Shown piece by piece: positions 37,301 through 51,042 of a stretch of 64,000 nucleotides of DNA (the first letter of the stretch is position 1; every line of letters starts with the position of its first letter). The notes beneath the pieces are model-generated. The model was not told where the DNA came from and ran no database searches. It saw nothing but the letters and a program-made list of their open reading frames with translations. The translations under genes and the position numbers were made by a program. Location of the stretch: the NCBI RefSeq assembly GCF_037042905.1, contig NC_087256.1, positions 12,834,001 through 12,898,000 of the forward strand. Reading direction: 5' to 3'. This stretch comes from Lytechinus pictus (Eukaryota).

Positions 37301-40300
37301 AGTTCTTTTTATTATTGAAAGAACAATGACCTCTGCAAGTTTTGACCTTTGACCATTGACCATTGACCCTAAACTTATAAGGCCATTGTCACTCCAACAA
37401 GCTACTTCGACCACATTTGAATTTTGAACTTGATCTGTCCATGAAAACTGGATTAACTGATGGGCAACTTGATTACATGATGCCCCCAGCAACCACCTAT
37501 GGTGGTTGGAGAAGAAAACAAAATCAATTTGAGAAGTAGTGATAGGGTTGGGACAAAAGAAAAACACAATACTTAAATTCAAGTTACCAATAACAATGAT
37601 TTTTTTTCCATTCACTGTAAAAAATGTTTATTCATTAATATGTAAGCCTGATCATTGAAGGGTCTTGTTTTTTTAGAAGCAAAATAACATGGGGCCTACT
37701 ATAGGAAGAATGAGAATGAATCCAATGAATTCATGTTAATTTGCTCTTGAAATCAAAATTCCATTTGGCATCATTTGGGGTGAAAAACGAAAAGGCTAAT
37801 TCATAATTCATTATTTTTTCCATAACTTCACACTTTATCAGTTGACTTTACTTTGATTTCATCGATAATTATAGGAAATCAAAAATATTAAGAAAATTGT
37901 GGTCAATTCATCAGTGCTCATATTCTCATAGCCTGTCCCTAAAGTTCCAAGTAGTGCATACTGGTCAATATCCTGTAAAACTTCTGATCCATCAACGCAG
38001 AACATTTGGATGACTTTAATGTCAGAGAGAAACATGACACACTAATGTTGCATGCTCACGTTGATGTCAAAATAAAACCTGATCCAAAAGACGTATTTCT
38101 ATAGTATCATTGTCACAGGAACAATCTTCTCTAGTCTAGACGATGAAACTCCAACAAAAAATCATCTCAGTCATTCAATCTGGGGGAAATCATCGGTTTA
38201 AAAACATGGATAACAGATTCCTGTAAATTCATTGATTAAGAATTCATTCAAATTCTTAATTTCTTACTTATCTCTCTCATCCTTTTAAGTCAATAATATT
38301 GAAAGCACCATACAGATATATATACATATAATGGGTATATAATAGTTTATGACTCATAAACTATGCCTTCTTTGATAACTTTTGACCAGGGGCACAATGG
38401 ATCCAGTAGACAATAATGATCATCATCATTGTAATCATTGCCACCATCATTATCAGCATACACCATCATTGTTGCCATCATCATCATCATCATCACCATC
38501 CTCATCTCTGTCTGTTTTGTGTGTCATATGTGCTAGATGACATGAATGAATAGTCTTTGAAAGGGATATTCAACTACAAACTCGTGTGATGCACTAGTAG
38601 GTGTCACTTGGACCATCAACCTATAGTTTGAGAGAAATACATTGATCAGTGGATTAGATGTGGGGCATGATTTTGCTGTTTTGTTGTTCATACTTCAAAT
38701 CTTTGACCTTTCCATTGCAAAAAAAAAAAAACCAACATATATTTCGTTCAGGAAAACTGTATTTAAAATTACCATTTTCTATTTTGTATCAATTTGGACG
38801 ACTAGATACTCTTTGATTCAACATACCTCATAATCAGAAGGTAAGGCAAGTATAGAATAGTGTGATTTATCTCCCTTCCATTTGAACCCTAAAGACTTTG
38901 GAAATGTAACCTACCAACCTCATGCATGCCTAAGAGCATTATTAATTAAGGGTACAAATTGAAGTCCATCCCAAATAGTCTCTATAGCAGGGGAATATGT
39001 GGAGGATCAGAACAATTAGTTGGTAAACTTTCGCTATTAAAGCTTACCACCATCGACCTGCTTGAATTCATGGATCTACAAGTGGATTTCACTCATCAAT
39101 TTAGGCCTAACAATTGCAAGTTTTGTACATGTATCTAATACATTTAATCATCAAATAGGCATGGGCCTACATGTATCAACAAGGATGTTTGTAGCACTAT
39201 GCATATCATGTAACTTTCTTTCCAGAATGATAATAGCATTTATATTAATTTTCTAAAAAAAAAAATTTGTTACACAGATATACAGGCCTACAGAATTCAT
39301 GACATGTTATGGACTTGATATTTGAGGATACATTTGACCATTACAGAATAAGTCTGATAAAGACGACTACAGTATAACATGCCTGGTGCTACAGGCTGTG
39401 GGCATCACACCCCTCCCTGGAGCATTGTTTGTTTGGACTTATTGCAACCTCACCATGGCAACATGGGTCAAATACTTTATGATGTCAACCAGTGTCATTT
39501 TCTTTTTTTTCCTTTCACACTGGAATAAATTCAAGAATAAAAACCCTTTAGAATAATGCGACATTTATTTTAACTGGAGGAAAACGGACATGAATGTTGT
39601 TTCACATTACACGTCATAGAAATAGGCACAGACAGGAAGGAAAAGGCCAGCATTGTGATCAATATCAAAATTTTCCAACAAATACAGATTGTATGTAAGG
39701 AAGACACCTATGAACTTTAAAAAAAATCATGATTTTTTAATTGAAATTAAAAGCTAACATAACTTGAACATCTCAATGACCTCATGTTAAACGATTCTTG
39801 AATCTAGAACTCACCCATTCAATAAACCTATCCCCAGTGATCAAAACATTCAAAAAACTAATTTGTTGAATAAATGTTTTACCTGTTCTAATCTCAAGAT
39901 TTTTACTGTCTTCAATCCTTAGAAAGCAAATGTTTTTTAAATATACATGACCATGACCTGTGCCTTTTGACCAAAGTCCTCGATTGTAAAACTTCAGACC
40001 CTCAATGTCTACATGTATTCTTCAATCCATACAGGAAAGTGCATACTATACAAAATAGGCCTATAACATTTCTACATGTACGTATAGCCACAAAACTTCT
40101 TTTTCCATTCTAGTTTGATTTATTCACTTACAATCATTTACTCAAATGAATAAAATAGAATTGACCTCACCTGAACATTTATATTTCAGTTTTTAGTTCA
40201 ATTCTGCCTCATGTACTTGTCATCTACTACTATAGGTCTACAATATGGAACAGGCTGCAGTCACGGCTTAAAATCCTTGCAACATTCCTGTTCTCACTCA

Positions 40301-43300
40301 CATAATCATTGACAATTTACTGTACTTCACCAACCTTTACTGCACTTCAAGCAGGCCATATCTCTTCACTTCAATGTGTAGATCCTTATTTATGATACCC
40401 TGGAAGGCCTGGATAAACTGTCACTTCTCCTACATTCCAGAGATAGAGTGGCAATGACACTACAAACATGCAGGACATCCTTAATCACAATCCTAGATAA
40501 TCAAGATCGTTACTTAGCATGGGTATAGGTGGGAGATCTCTGGATGATGTGTACTCAAGGAGCGAGCATGGGCATAAATTCACACCGCTAGAACTCTCAA
40601 TCTCCAACGATGAAGATGATGATGATGATGAGGTAGATGGAGCCAAAAGACAGATTTAACTTGCACTGTGCAGAAACAAAGACTTAGATCCCTCAGTGCA
40701 AATCCACAACACGCTAAACTATTTCTCCTCATTTCAAAATGCAATACAAAATGCAGGAGGTCCAGTGTTATACAATATCCATGTTAGTATGGTGAGAGGG
40801 GAAGTTCAGAGTCAAAGCTGGTGTACCATGAAGCTATATTGGGCTGGGCTCAAGAGTGGGTGAAGCAGGAATAATTAGTATGAAACGAAAAAGGGGAACG
40901 GCTGATCTTAACTCGAGGGCTCAGCATGTACAAGCCTGCTAACATTCCATTGCTAGCAGTCATCATGGCCACTACCAGTACATGACTGTATGCCGACTTT
41001 GGCCTTATTCCTCAATCAAGTTAACCCAAAGTGTGTAAACAATTTGTCTAGATTTACATGGGACAGGCATGTGTAGGCGGAAAGTTGGACATGGGGGTGG
41101 AGATCAAAAGAAAGTTGTACTATCATAGGACTGATATCTACAAAAAAATCTAAAAAAGAGAAAGAAATGGGCACAAGAGGTAAAAATAGTATCCAAGAAA
41201 GTTTGTGATTGTATTAGAATGGTTTTAAAAAGGTAAGGGGGGGTAATTTCACTTGCAGATACAAACAGAAACTGTGATATGAGGGTTAAAGAAAATTACA
41301 ATAAACATACCTAACACAATGTAGTTCTTTACTCAAACCTATAGAACCTAATTAGCACAAGCATGAACTTTAAGTGAACTATGTATCTCATAGCTTACTG
41401 TCTACTTCTGATATGAACTCATTGCATCATTAGAATGATGTACTAATTAGTTCATTTTACTAAGGCTGTGTTTATCAACTTTTACCAGTTAGAAAATTGT
41501 TTCTAAGCCCACTCACTATTAAAGCACCATTTCCAATTGAGATAATTCCACTTTATCATGTTAAAATTTTTGTAGGTTTACTATAACTGTTGCCATTTAG
41601 AGTCCAATTTTACAATGTTGAAATGTAAATGTAACCCAACAGCCTTCTGGCTCTAAAAAGCCAAAGTGATCATGCCCTGGATTTCCCTTGTTCATATCTT
41701 GACATTTGAACCCACAATTCCTGATTCAAAAACATAAAAACGTGACATTCTTGGACCGTGACAAATGCCTTAAACAGAACATGCCTTGTTAAATATACGC
41801 ATTTCATCCAATAAATCAATTCATGAATCATGTCCTCTTAAATAAAGATGTTAAAAGAAAGTGCTACTCATGCAGATACAGGTTTATTTGTATTCCTTCA
41901 AGCACAAAAAAGGTATATTATGAGGAAGTTTACAAATAGATAATTTGAGTTTTTGTCAAATTGTCTCAATTTCCGTTTCGCCGCAGTATCCAAATTTGAA
42001 GTTATGTGATGTTTTGCACAATACAGAATACCATTGTGTACATCCCACTATGAGGAATGTTGGGCACCAACGCATCAGCAGGAAGCTCAGTACAAAGTCA
42101 AGGTATGAATGAAAAATGTACATCAAACTATATAAATATATACTGCCATACACAGCAAGAAACACTTACATGTTACAATCTAGATCAATTTTAAACTTCC
42201 AAGGAGATCATTTCAGAATATCCTTGAGGATATGGTATTGGGTCAACACTTTTTGGGAACTTGTAAAACAGCTGCTTGGTTACAATTGGAATATATGAAA
42301 GCAAGAATGGTATAATAATACAATTATCAAATTGGATTTACGGGATAAATACCAAGTGTAAAATTTACAAATTAAATTTAGCTAGCCCACTTTTAATGAG
42401 ACAAGTTTGTACATTCTGAGCTACATGTATGGCAGATGCATTTATTGTGCCAATTTCAATATTCTATGGGAAATATAGCAAACTTTTCCTTTTTCAAAAT
42501 TAATTTTTGGCAAGGTACTTATTTTTATAACACGATTGAGGTAAGAAACTTCAATCCAGACATATACTAGCATGTAGCTACTTTCAGCTATACAAATCAA
42601 TATGAATAGGCCTTCTAGATACCATCCATTTAATTGTAGAATAATGTTTGTGATGGACCTGCCACGGGTTCAGAATAGAACCATGGACCTGGGAAATATA
42701 TGTCAACATTTACTATCTTGAATTTAATAAAGTCATGAATATGAACGCATCAGCAATATTAGCAGAGCTCCATAGTTCCACATTTAAAAAAAGCTTTGCT
42801 TCTTTTGTATACATGTAAATACCAAAAAGGTGACTAATTTATGAACTAGATAAGGAACATTGACTTTGGAAACCCTAGAGACCAGTATAAATAGATACTC
42901 GTTATGCCTAATTAAGTTACAATGGACAGTGATTAAATCAATTTGCTTCAGGAATTCACAGCTAGTGTACAATCTGAGGAAGACAGAGTGAGTATAATGA
43001 TGTACTTTATTTATAGCTCAGAAGTGACACATTTTGATGTAAACCAAAGTTAAGTTGTTTAGAAGGTAATTTTCCTCTGGGATGGATGCCACCCAAATGA
43101 CAAGCCATGATGGAAAGACATCACTTTCTGGTTCCACTAATGATATAACAGCCCCCCCCCCACATTTTCCTCTACACTGTCTACATGGGTCATGTAAAAT
43201 ATACATTAAACCTTTTTCTGACCCTCTCCCTTTAATTGAAAAAAAATCAATCTTAATGTTGCCCATGTGCACTCTCGAATATATGTAGAATCATGTCCAA

Positions 43301-44667
43301 GCTAATGCATGTAATTATGTCCATTTACAGGCATAATGTATTAGTGCTTGATAACAGCAGTATACAAATGAGGAGACCAGGGTTCCCCACCCCCTCCTGC
43401 TTTTCTTATTTCATCATCATGTTTTGATACACAAAAATAATGCAAAAGGGGCAAGGAGCAGGGGGCTGCCAGATTTCTCTCCCCCCCTGCCACCCAGTAA
43501 CATCTTCCAAGGAATCTACATAATTTTCTAACCTGCAGACCCCCCCCCCTCACCCAAATAAGGCCTGCCCTACTCTGTCATCATTGTTTTAATCTCCTGC
43601 TGGTCATTTATGAAACCCCTGGGCAGATGGTCAAACATCAATATTTATGTTAGAGTAGAGGGTAAGAACTCCCTGTCGGGTGGAGTATGGCAGACACAGA
43701 ATTAGCCGCAAATCAATATCTGGGTTGTATAGGTCCATGGTTGGAGAGAGATATACCAACACTACATGTAGGCCTAATATAGAAATATCAGCTAACAATA
43801 GAAGTTGAACTGTAATTACTGATTATTTCACAGTTGCTTAATTTACATAAACTGAGTGTCCTAAAAACAGCAAAACATTTAATTTCCTGAGCCATCCATA
43901 ACGTTATTTGCATTCTTACTTTGCCTCTATTTTATAAACTCTTTAATCTATAAACAAAGCTTTGCTAGTCAGCAAACTACAATAACGTGGATAAACCATA
44001 AAAATGATTGATGCTTTCCAATTCCAAATGCACTTCCTTCACTTGAAGTCAGGAAATGAATTATTGAAGTTTGAACATTCTGATTTACAGCAACTGTAGC
44101 TGTATGACACGAAACATGGCTGTGTTTATACTTCCAATGAGCGTTTTAAATGCACATGGTAAATAAAGTTCAAGTTAGTGGAGTATAACTTCCTTTGAAC
44201 TTTTCATTTAAGGGCATGAGTGCCATTAAAAAGGCAAGGAGTTGAAAGAGCCTACACTGTGTAATTCACTGTGGGTGATGCTAAGCGTCAAGTGAAAAGG
44301 GACAAATGTGAATAAAATTTAACCAGTTTATATCTAACAAGTAAATCAGCATATTTTTTTTGTTTGTTCTGAATGCTTTAAAAATGCAATCTTTGATTAG
44401 TACTATTGACCAAAATGACAATGAGTACAAGTCTGTTTTTGTTATTGAAATGCTAAATCTGGTAAAGAGTTGAACATGAACGCATCCCAAGGTTACTCAA
44501 GTCAGATGGCATAGTATAACCCTAGAAATCTGCAATGATTTGACCCCCATGCACCCAGGACATACCAAAGATGATACTCTAACCCTGGAATATCAAATCT
44601 CTCAGTTCTGATTCTCCTTTCAACTTCAAGATATGATTATACTGATAATTGTGATTTCTAGGCTCAG

Positions 44668-45070
44668 TAGGCAGTGCTGCACCAGCCCGAGTTTGCTCAA
44701 GCTCGAGATTTTAGCCCGATCAGCCCTCTTCGCGATTAATCTCGAGATTCAAGAAACCCCATCTCCACCAGCGCAAGAAGAGCAATTCGTGCTCGAGCGA
44801 TGCATTACGGTCTGACGCTGTGAATAAATAATCCCGCGTCGAATCTCAAGTGCGTCTGCACCTGTGAATTAGCAGGATAGTTCGTAAATAGCGCACTTTG
44901 CAAATAATACTAAGTTGACGTAGGATTGAAATTTCGAGATTAATCCAGCAAACTATCGCGATGATTGCATCTCCATTACAAATAATCTTGAGATTGTTCA
45001 GATCGGGATAATTTGCCGGATCAGAAATAGCGCGATTAATTGAAAACTCGGGCTGGTGCAGACGGCCCTA
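44668..45070. mobile_element. MITE (copy 1)
   Basis: ctgcaccagcccgagttt / aaactcgggctggtgcagacggcccta; internal aatctcgagatt palindromes. Confidence 0.85.
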
Positions 45071-45213
45071 GTTTGAGGGGATGGGATGGTACGATATGCA
45101 TGCTTGGTGAAAATGGTAACTTGACTTTCAAATGGGTTGGCAGTACAGTCTGAATGAAGATTAGGTCAAAGCATATTGCCCTAGTACAGGGTACAAGTCA
45201 TGTTGACCCTATG

Positions 45214-45660
45214 AGGCTGTTCTCACTACGTTCCTATAACTGGTTTACTGGAAACTAGTTTAACGCGTAGTGAGAACGGTCAAAGCGGTCTTGGAAGCGA
45301 TCTTCCAAACCAGTTTGGAAAACCACCTCGCGATGTAGTTTTCAAGATCGCTTTGCCTCGTTAAAGTGGTTTTAGCGTAAGTGAGGATACAACCGTTCTT
45401 CGGGAAGCGATCTTCACACATTTTGAGCGCGCTACTCCACACGACAGGTGTAGAATACCTATGCTGCGGTTTCGAATTTCGCGCGAAACGTGTCACCCCA
45501 CTGAGAGCGTTTCCATAGCAACAAGAGCGCTTTACGTGAAGTGATTTTGAGAACCACTTTCGTGTGATCAAGTGGGAACGCTAGCTAAGCGATCTTCCAA
45601 AGTGGTTTCCTGAATCGGTTTCCAGTAAACTAGTTTTAGAAAGCGTAATGAGAACGGCCT
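45214..45660. mobile_element. MITE
   Basis: TIRs aggctgttctcactacg...gtttactggaaac / gtttccagtaaac...cgtaatgagaacggcct; flanking duplication ctatg (or tat if the ends are gaggc/gcctc). Confidence 0.85.
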
Positions 45661-46266
45661 CTATGACTCCTATCTAGATTAGGCCACATGCCATTATTGA
45701 TACTTCAATTACTTTAGGCTTAAATGGTTCTTTAGTAATCATAAGAAGAAAACAGGATAGACAGACAAATAACCTCAGTAATGTACTGGAAAAAAAAAGT
45801 AGGCCTAGTGTATGTGGGCTGATATCAAAACTTTTATGCTTTCCAAATTTTACCCTCTGACAATTTTCAGTAATATGATTTACCGACAGCTGATAACTTG
45901 ATATCTAAAGTGCATAGTTCTGCTATGTAAGAGGCAAAATATTTAACGAAAATTTCGTCTCCAGGGGTTCTTATGAAATGAGTTATTTCCTTCCTCTTGA
46001 GTAATATTCAATATAAAACTTCACTTATGACCACAAAATATAATCACAAACCCTCCACCAGGAGCATCACCATACTTCTAGTTCTCAATTGAATGAGAAA
46101 ATCAACCCTGACATCGAGTGGTTTACAAGCAGAAAAATGAAACAATCAAAAATCCACAAATAAATAACAGTTTTGATTTTTAAAGTAATTTTGAATTATC
46201 ACATAACAGCAGCACTCTATATGTCATAATTCTATAAATTTTAATTTCATCAGAAAGTGCATCCCT

Positions 46267-46620
46267 CGATCGGCCCTCTTCGCGATTAATCTCGAGATTC
46301 AAGAAACCCCGTCTCCACCATCGCAAGAAGAGCGATTCCTGCTTGAGCGAAGCATCGATGCATTATGGTCTGACGCCGTGAATAAATAATCCCGAGTGCA
46401 TCTGCACCTACGAATTAGCGCCATATTTCGTAAAATAGCGCGCTATTTTGCAAATAATCCCAAGTTGACTTGGGATTGCAATCTCGAGATTAATCCTACG
46501 AACTAGCGCGATAATTGCGTCTCCATTGCAAATAATCTCGAGATTGTTCAGATCGGGATAATTTGCCGGATCAGAAATAGCGCGCTAATTTGAAAACTCG
46601 GGATGGTGCAGACGGCCCTA
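46267..46620. mobile_element. MITE (copy 2 of the 44668 family, left end missing)
   Basis: same internal sequence ccctcttcgcgattaatctcgagattcaagaaacccc and the same right end ggtgcagacggcccta. Confidence 0.88.
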
Positions 46621-47721
46621 GTGATAGAAACCATGAAAATAACCTGCTCTTCTATTCCACACATCTGGCAGACACATTTCATCTATTTGGTTTGGTAAGA
46701 TAAGAAAAGATACTTTCATACATCACTCTACTGAAAGACCTATGATGGAAGTGCTTTGAGCCAAGTTTTGCTTCTGTTGCTACCTGAAGTGCCATATTTC
46801 CCCCCATGTTCCAGCTAACTTCCAACAGGATATCAACTCTTTCAAGCCCCCTTCTTTATCTATCATCACGTCTCTGTCACAACCATCATCAACTATGTCA
46901 AGTTATTTTCAGAAAAATGAGAAGTATGATACATGTACATGTATATCTGTGAGGGAGGCAAACTTAGTGCCCCCTTAATATCCACACCCTCCCCCTCCTC
47001 CATACAGCTAAAAGTACACTTTTCAGATAGCAGTTATCATTTTTTTTTTAATTGATTTGATTTGAAAAGTTTCTGGAATACTTCTTATGGCAGCCAGGTG
47101 CCAAATTGTGAACACTACAAGAAGCACTAAAGAATTTAAAATCAGATTAACATTTAAATGTGGAGATAAAAAAAAATTGTCATTTAAAAAAAAAACAGAT
47201 CAACTTTAGAAATCCCCTGGAAAGAAAACAACATGGGATTAAAATTTGTTGACGAATTCTAGTCTTAGATATTTATCATCTGTCTTGTGTCATGTCTTGT
47301 TTTGTCTGTTACTCTGTTATATGATATATTATATCAGTTCATGACAATGTTGTATTTTGCTGTATTAATAAAAGCAATAATGCAAAAATGTGTCAAGTCA
47401 ATGTCCCACTTTTCTGTACAGTCACCTCTAATGTACACATTTACAGAACTACAATATCACCTGCATGAGGTCATCTAAAGGGGGTGGATAATAAGCATCT
47501 GGGGAATAGGGCGTCTGAGGAAAGAGAAGTTCAGCTCAGAATGAACCAAAATACCTTGTATGATCATGATACGATCACAGTCAAAACAAATATCACTACC
47601 TGTAGTATTTTCAAAAGGTTATTTCCCTTTCAATTGGAGCTGAAATAACAATCCACAAATCTATTGGATACTACATGATAGTATCTACCAACAGAGACAC
47701 TACAAAAGCTTCACTCTATCT

Positions 47722-47845
47722 TGTCTTTCGATCAGAGGGTCATGGGTTTGAATCCCAGCCATGGCATGTTTTCCTTCTGCAAGAAATTTATCCACATTGT
47801 GCTGCACTCAACCCAGGGGAAGAGAATGGGTACCCAGCAGGATCC
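47722..47845 (+). mobile_element. tRNA-derived SINE fragment
   Basis: B-box-like gggtttgaatccc followed by tccttctgcaag...tgctgcactcaacccagg...aatgggtacc, a core typical of invertebrate tRNA-SINEs. Confidence 0.65.
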
Positions 47846-48769
47846 CTGAATGCACTGAACACAGGAGGTAGCAGCTCGAGCCAAAGCCAAGGAAATAATA
47901 ATACTATGCATCAGAACAGATTACAGCGAGATAGATCTTTCTATTATCTTCATTTAATTAAGGATTATAGTGTCTTAATGAACATATTTACACATATATA
48001 TATATATATATAATTACTATATTTATAAAATCTACACTTCAGTCCTTTTCTTTGGCTATCTATCATTTATAAGACAAAAATAGAGTACCGTATGTGAATC
48101 AAAAGTTATTTTCAGAGAGGTCTATACCCGAGCCTCACAAAATTGAGAGGTGAAATGAGTACCAGGGGACTGGTTTTTACCTCGAAATTCATTTAGAATG
48201 GAAGAGAGCGGAAAGCATACATCATTATAAGGGAATAAGCTTGTCTGCAGATACAATCTGCACATGAATAAATAAATGACATTTAAGAATGAAGATAATA
48301 TCTAAGACAGACACAATTACTGCAAAGGCTTGCCAAATGTAACAAGTTATCAACTCCTCTGCAGAAACTCGACTGCAAGAATTGTGTTTGTGGCCCATTA
48401 AAAAAAAAAACGTTATGGAATATAGCTCTTTTCTACTTATAACAGCTGAAATATTCAGGCATTGACATTCCACGATAACCACTTAACAAATTGAAAGTAT
48501 CAAATTTTTCAAAAGGGAAAGAAAAGCTATTCACAAGGAATCTCTGTTTTTTTCGATTTCAAACATCTGTGACAATTCGGCATCTTAACAACAAACTGTG
48601 CCATGCCTTTTTATCAGGAACCCAACATTCCCCATTGTTTTCTCTTTGCTCAAATGAGAAGATTAGCAAGGGAAGGTTAATGAGCTGAATTCCCCGCAAA
48701 GATGCTGCTCATCAATCTTATCTCAGGTGCCACAATAGAAGTTTACAAGATGACTGTCATATTAGGTTG

Positions 48770-48954
48770 TAATATGTATTCGTATATCTGTACATGGATA
48801 TAAGCTGCTTTTTTCGTATACATTGCGTTGTCATGTTTTATTTTTTTGTTGTTGTTGATTATTATCATTATTGTTAAAATCACTGATATATTTTTGTTTA
48901 TGTTTTTTTATTATATTGATTCAATAAAACACATTTAAAAAAAAAAAAAAAAAA
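48770..48954 (+). mobile_element. possible retroposed 3' end with AATAAA and poly(A)
   Basis: aataaaacacattt followed by ~18 A. Confidence 0.35.
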
Positions 48955-49201
48955 GGTCTCACAACTTGCATAATAATGGACTGGGCTTAGTTTTTTTATT
49001 TTGAAAAATAACAGATCCCATAAAAGAAATGAATAGGCCTAAATCAATCTTTGAATGATAAAAACTTCTAGAATTACCACAATACTAAACCGTTAATCAT
49101 CAACAAGTGGTCTTTCCACACAGAATTCAACAAACCTGAGATGCTCAGTACAAGTTACAATAGAGCGACCCAATTATTTTCTAGCAGGATTCGTTCATAG
49201 T

Positions 49202-51021
49202 TGTAGCCCCTCTTATGGTGCTACATAATTGGAGACATAAGTTAAAAGAGATTAGTCTCTATTAATTTTGTATTGTAGTATTTGTACCCATATGTATATA
49301 ACATACAGAGAGTGAGGAGAGAGTGAGATGATTTGGATGACCTTTTGTACATACTGGGAGAGAGAGAGCGAAAGAGAGAGCCAATGGTCAGTTCTGGCTA
49401 GCGTGAGTAAGGGTCAGGTGGTCCTTATTCTCAGAAAATAATGACGTGAATGACATGAATGACGTAGTAGTATTTTGGGGAAAAGTTGATGGACTCTTCC
49501 ATCTTTGCTACCCTAAAGGGGTAAGCAATAATTGTTTACTGGTTTTTGTTTGTGAAAAGAGATGACCAAGGATCAAAAAGTATTACTTGTTATAAATATA
49601 CACACCCCTTCCCAAAAATAATGGTATTGTCAAAAATACCTATATATAGAGCTTCTGGAGGCATCCTCTTCACAACTTTTGAGATGGAGAGAGAGCATCT
49701 TCCTCCAGACATCACTTTTCAATAATTTCCGTATTTTCCTGATTCTCAGGTAAGATCCAAAGTCATCCTTCCATATTTCAGTTTATAAGATTATTTGATA
49801 ACTGATCTTATAGATTTAATTTTGAATGTTAAGTTACTTTTCCAAAATTGTCTTTTACACATTTGGCTTATTATCAATCTTCGATTGAATAATATTTAAA
49901 ATTTAGTTTTACATAACTGATGATAGATATTATTCTATAATCTACTTCTTGTTGAATGTTTGAATTTCTTATCATTGTTACTAACCATATATGATTATTG
50001 TTCATGGTGAAGCACTTTAGCACTTGTTATTTATGATTGTCTAGCAGCGCGAGCATGGTGCGAGTTTTATAGTTGAGCCTTTTGAACTTTGCGAATTACA
50101 AATTCTAAGCAAGTCGCGAATCCAAAACAACGGAACGGTATTATTCTGGTCAAGCGGATAGGCTGAGTTCCCTATCTTGCCGCGTTAATACTGTGCGGAC
50201 TCTAATGTATCTGATTAAAGACTTTCCTGAATAACATTGTGCTAAACCATTCTATTTCATTAATGATTTGATGTATTATTGTAAAATGATTTACTAATCC
50301 TAGTTGATATAAGAATATTTGAGATGAAGTTTCATAATTGATATTTAATATAAGAAATAACTAATCATGCTTTGATTAAAATGAATACACAACTTTTGAG
50401 ATGGAGAGAGAGCATCTTCCTCCAGACATCACTTTTCAATAATTTCCGTATTTTCCTGATTCTCAGGTCACTGGTCTTCTGACCATGAATGGCATCCACA
50501 TTTTACTTCTTCCTGCACTGAGACCCTCAATGTTATGTTAGTTTCAATGTCATTATGTTAGTCTTGATAACAGTAGTTGTTCAACAACTATTTGAAAGTT
50601 ATGTCCAGTTAAGTAAATTATAAGTATCATTTGAACTATATGTTCATACCCGTTCGGATAATTATGTAACCAAGAGTTACACCATATTTTTATAACTGTA
50701 AATATCATGTATATAATGTTCATTTGTTAGATTAGAATTAAAGGAACATATATCCTTTATATTATGTCTATGTTAGTTTATTTTATCGAGTTTTATTAAT
50801 TTACATTAGTTAATAACATAGTGTGAATGTTGTTGATTGATGGTGTTTGATTATGTGATGTGATTATTACAAAGTAAAATAATTACAACCATATAGTTTT
50901 ATCTAAGTTCTACCTCCGTAGACGGACAGGGTGGGGATTCTATGTATAAAAATCCTTCCGCTGCACTGTTGTTATTGTAAAGTAAAAGATCCTCCCCCAC
51001 CCAAAACGGTCCCGTGCTACA
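49202..51021 (+). repeat. 5' LTR
   Basis: direct repeat of 58456-60275; TG...CA with 6-bp terminal inverted repeat. Confidence 0.95.
49641..49680 (+). promoter_or_regulatory. LTR TATA box and predicted transcription start (~49671)
   Basis: tatatataga with tcacaact 30 nt downstream; tgacgt motifs upstream at ~49442-49466. Confidence 0.55.
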
Positions 51022-51023
51022 AT

Positions 51024-51042
51024 TGGTAGCAGAGCGAGGTTT
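51024..51042 (+). promoter_or_regulatory. primer-binding site, initiator tRNA-Met
   Basis: tggtagcagagcgaggttt, complementary to the tRNA-iMet 3' end ...CUCUGCUACCA, 2 nt after the LTR CA. Confidence 0.88.

Noticed and set aside
37229-37615. 128-aa minus-strand ORF and tgacctttgacc repeats
   Set aside because: No domain similarity; probably a decayed repeat whose ends I could not define
39880-40640. Candidate first exons of HSPA12 (donor-like sites near 39882 and 40170; Ser-rich frame near 40560-40640)
   Set aside because: No ATG, open frame and phase-1 donor combination I could support
45260-45571. 103-aa ORF as a transposase
   Set aside because: Lies within a 447-bp MITE with no DDE motif
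47722-47765. tRNA gene
   Set aside because: Only a B-box-like arm followed by a SINE body; no full cloverleaf
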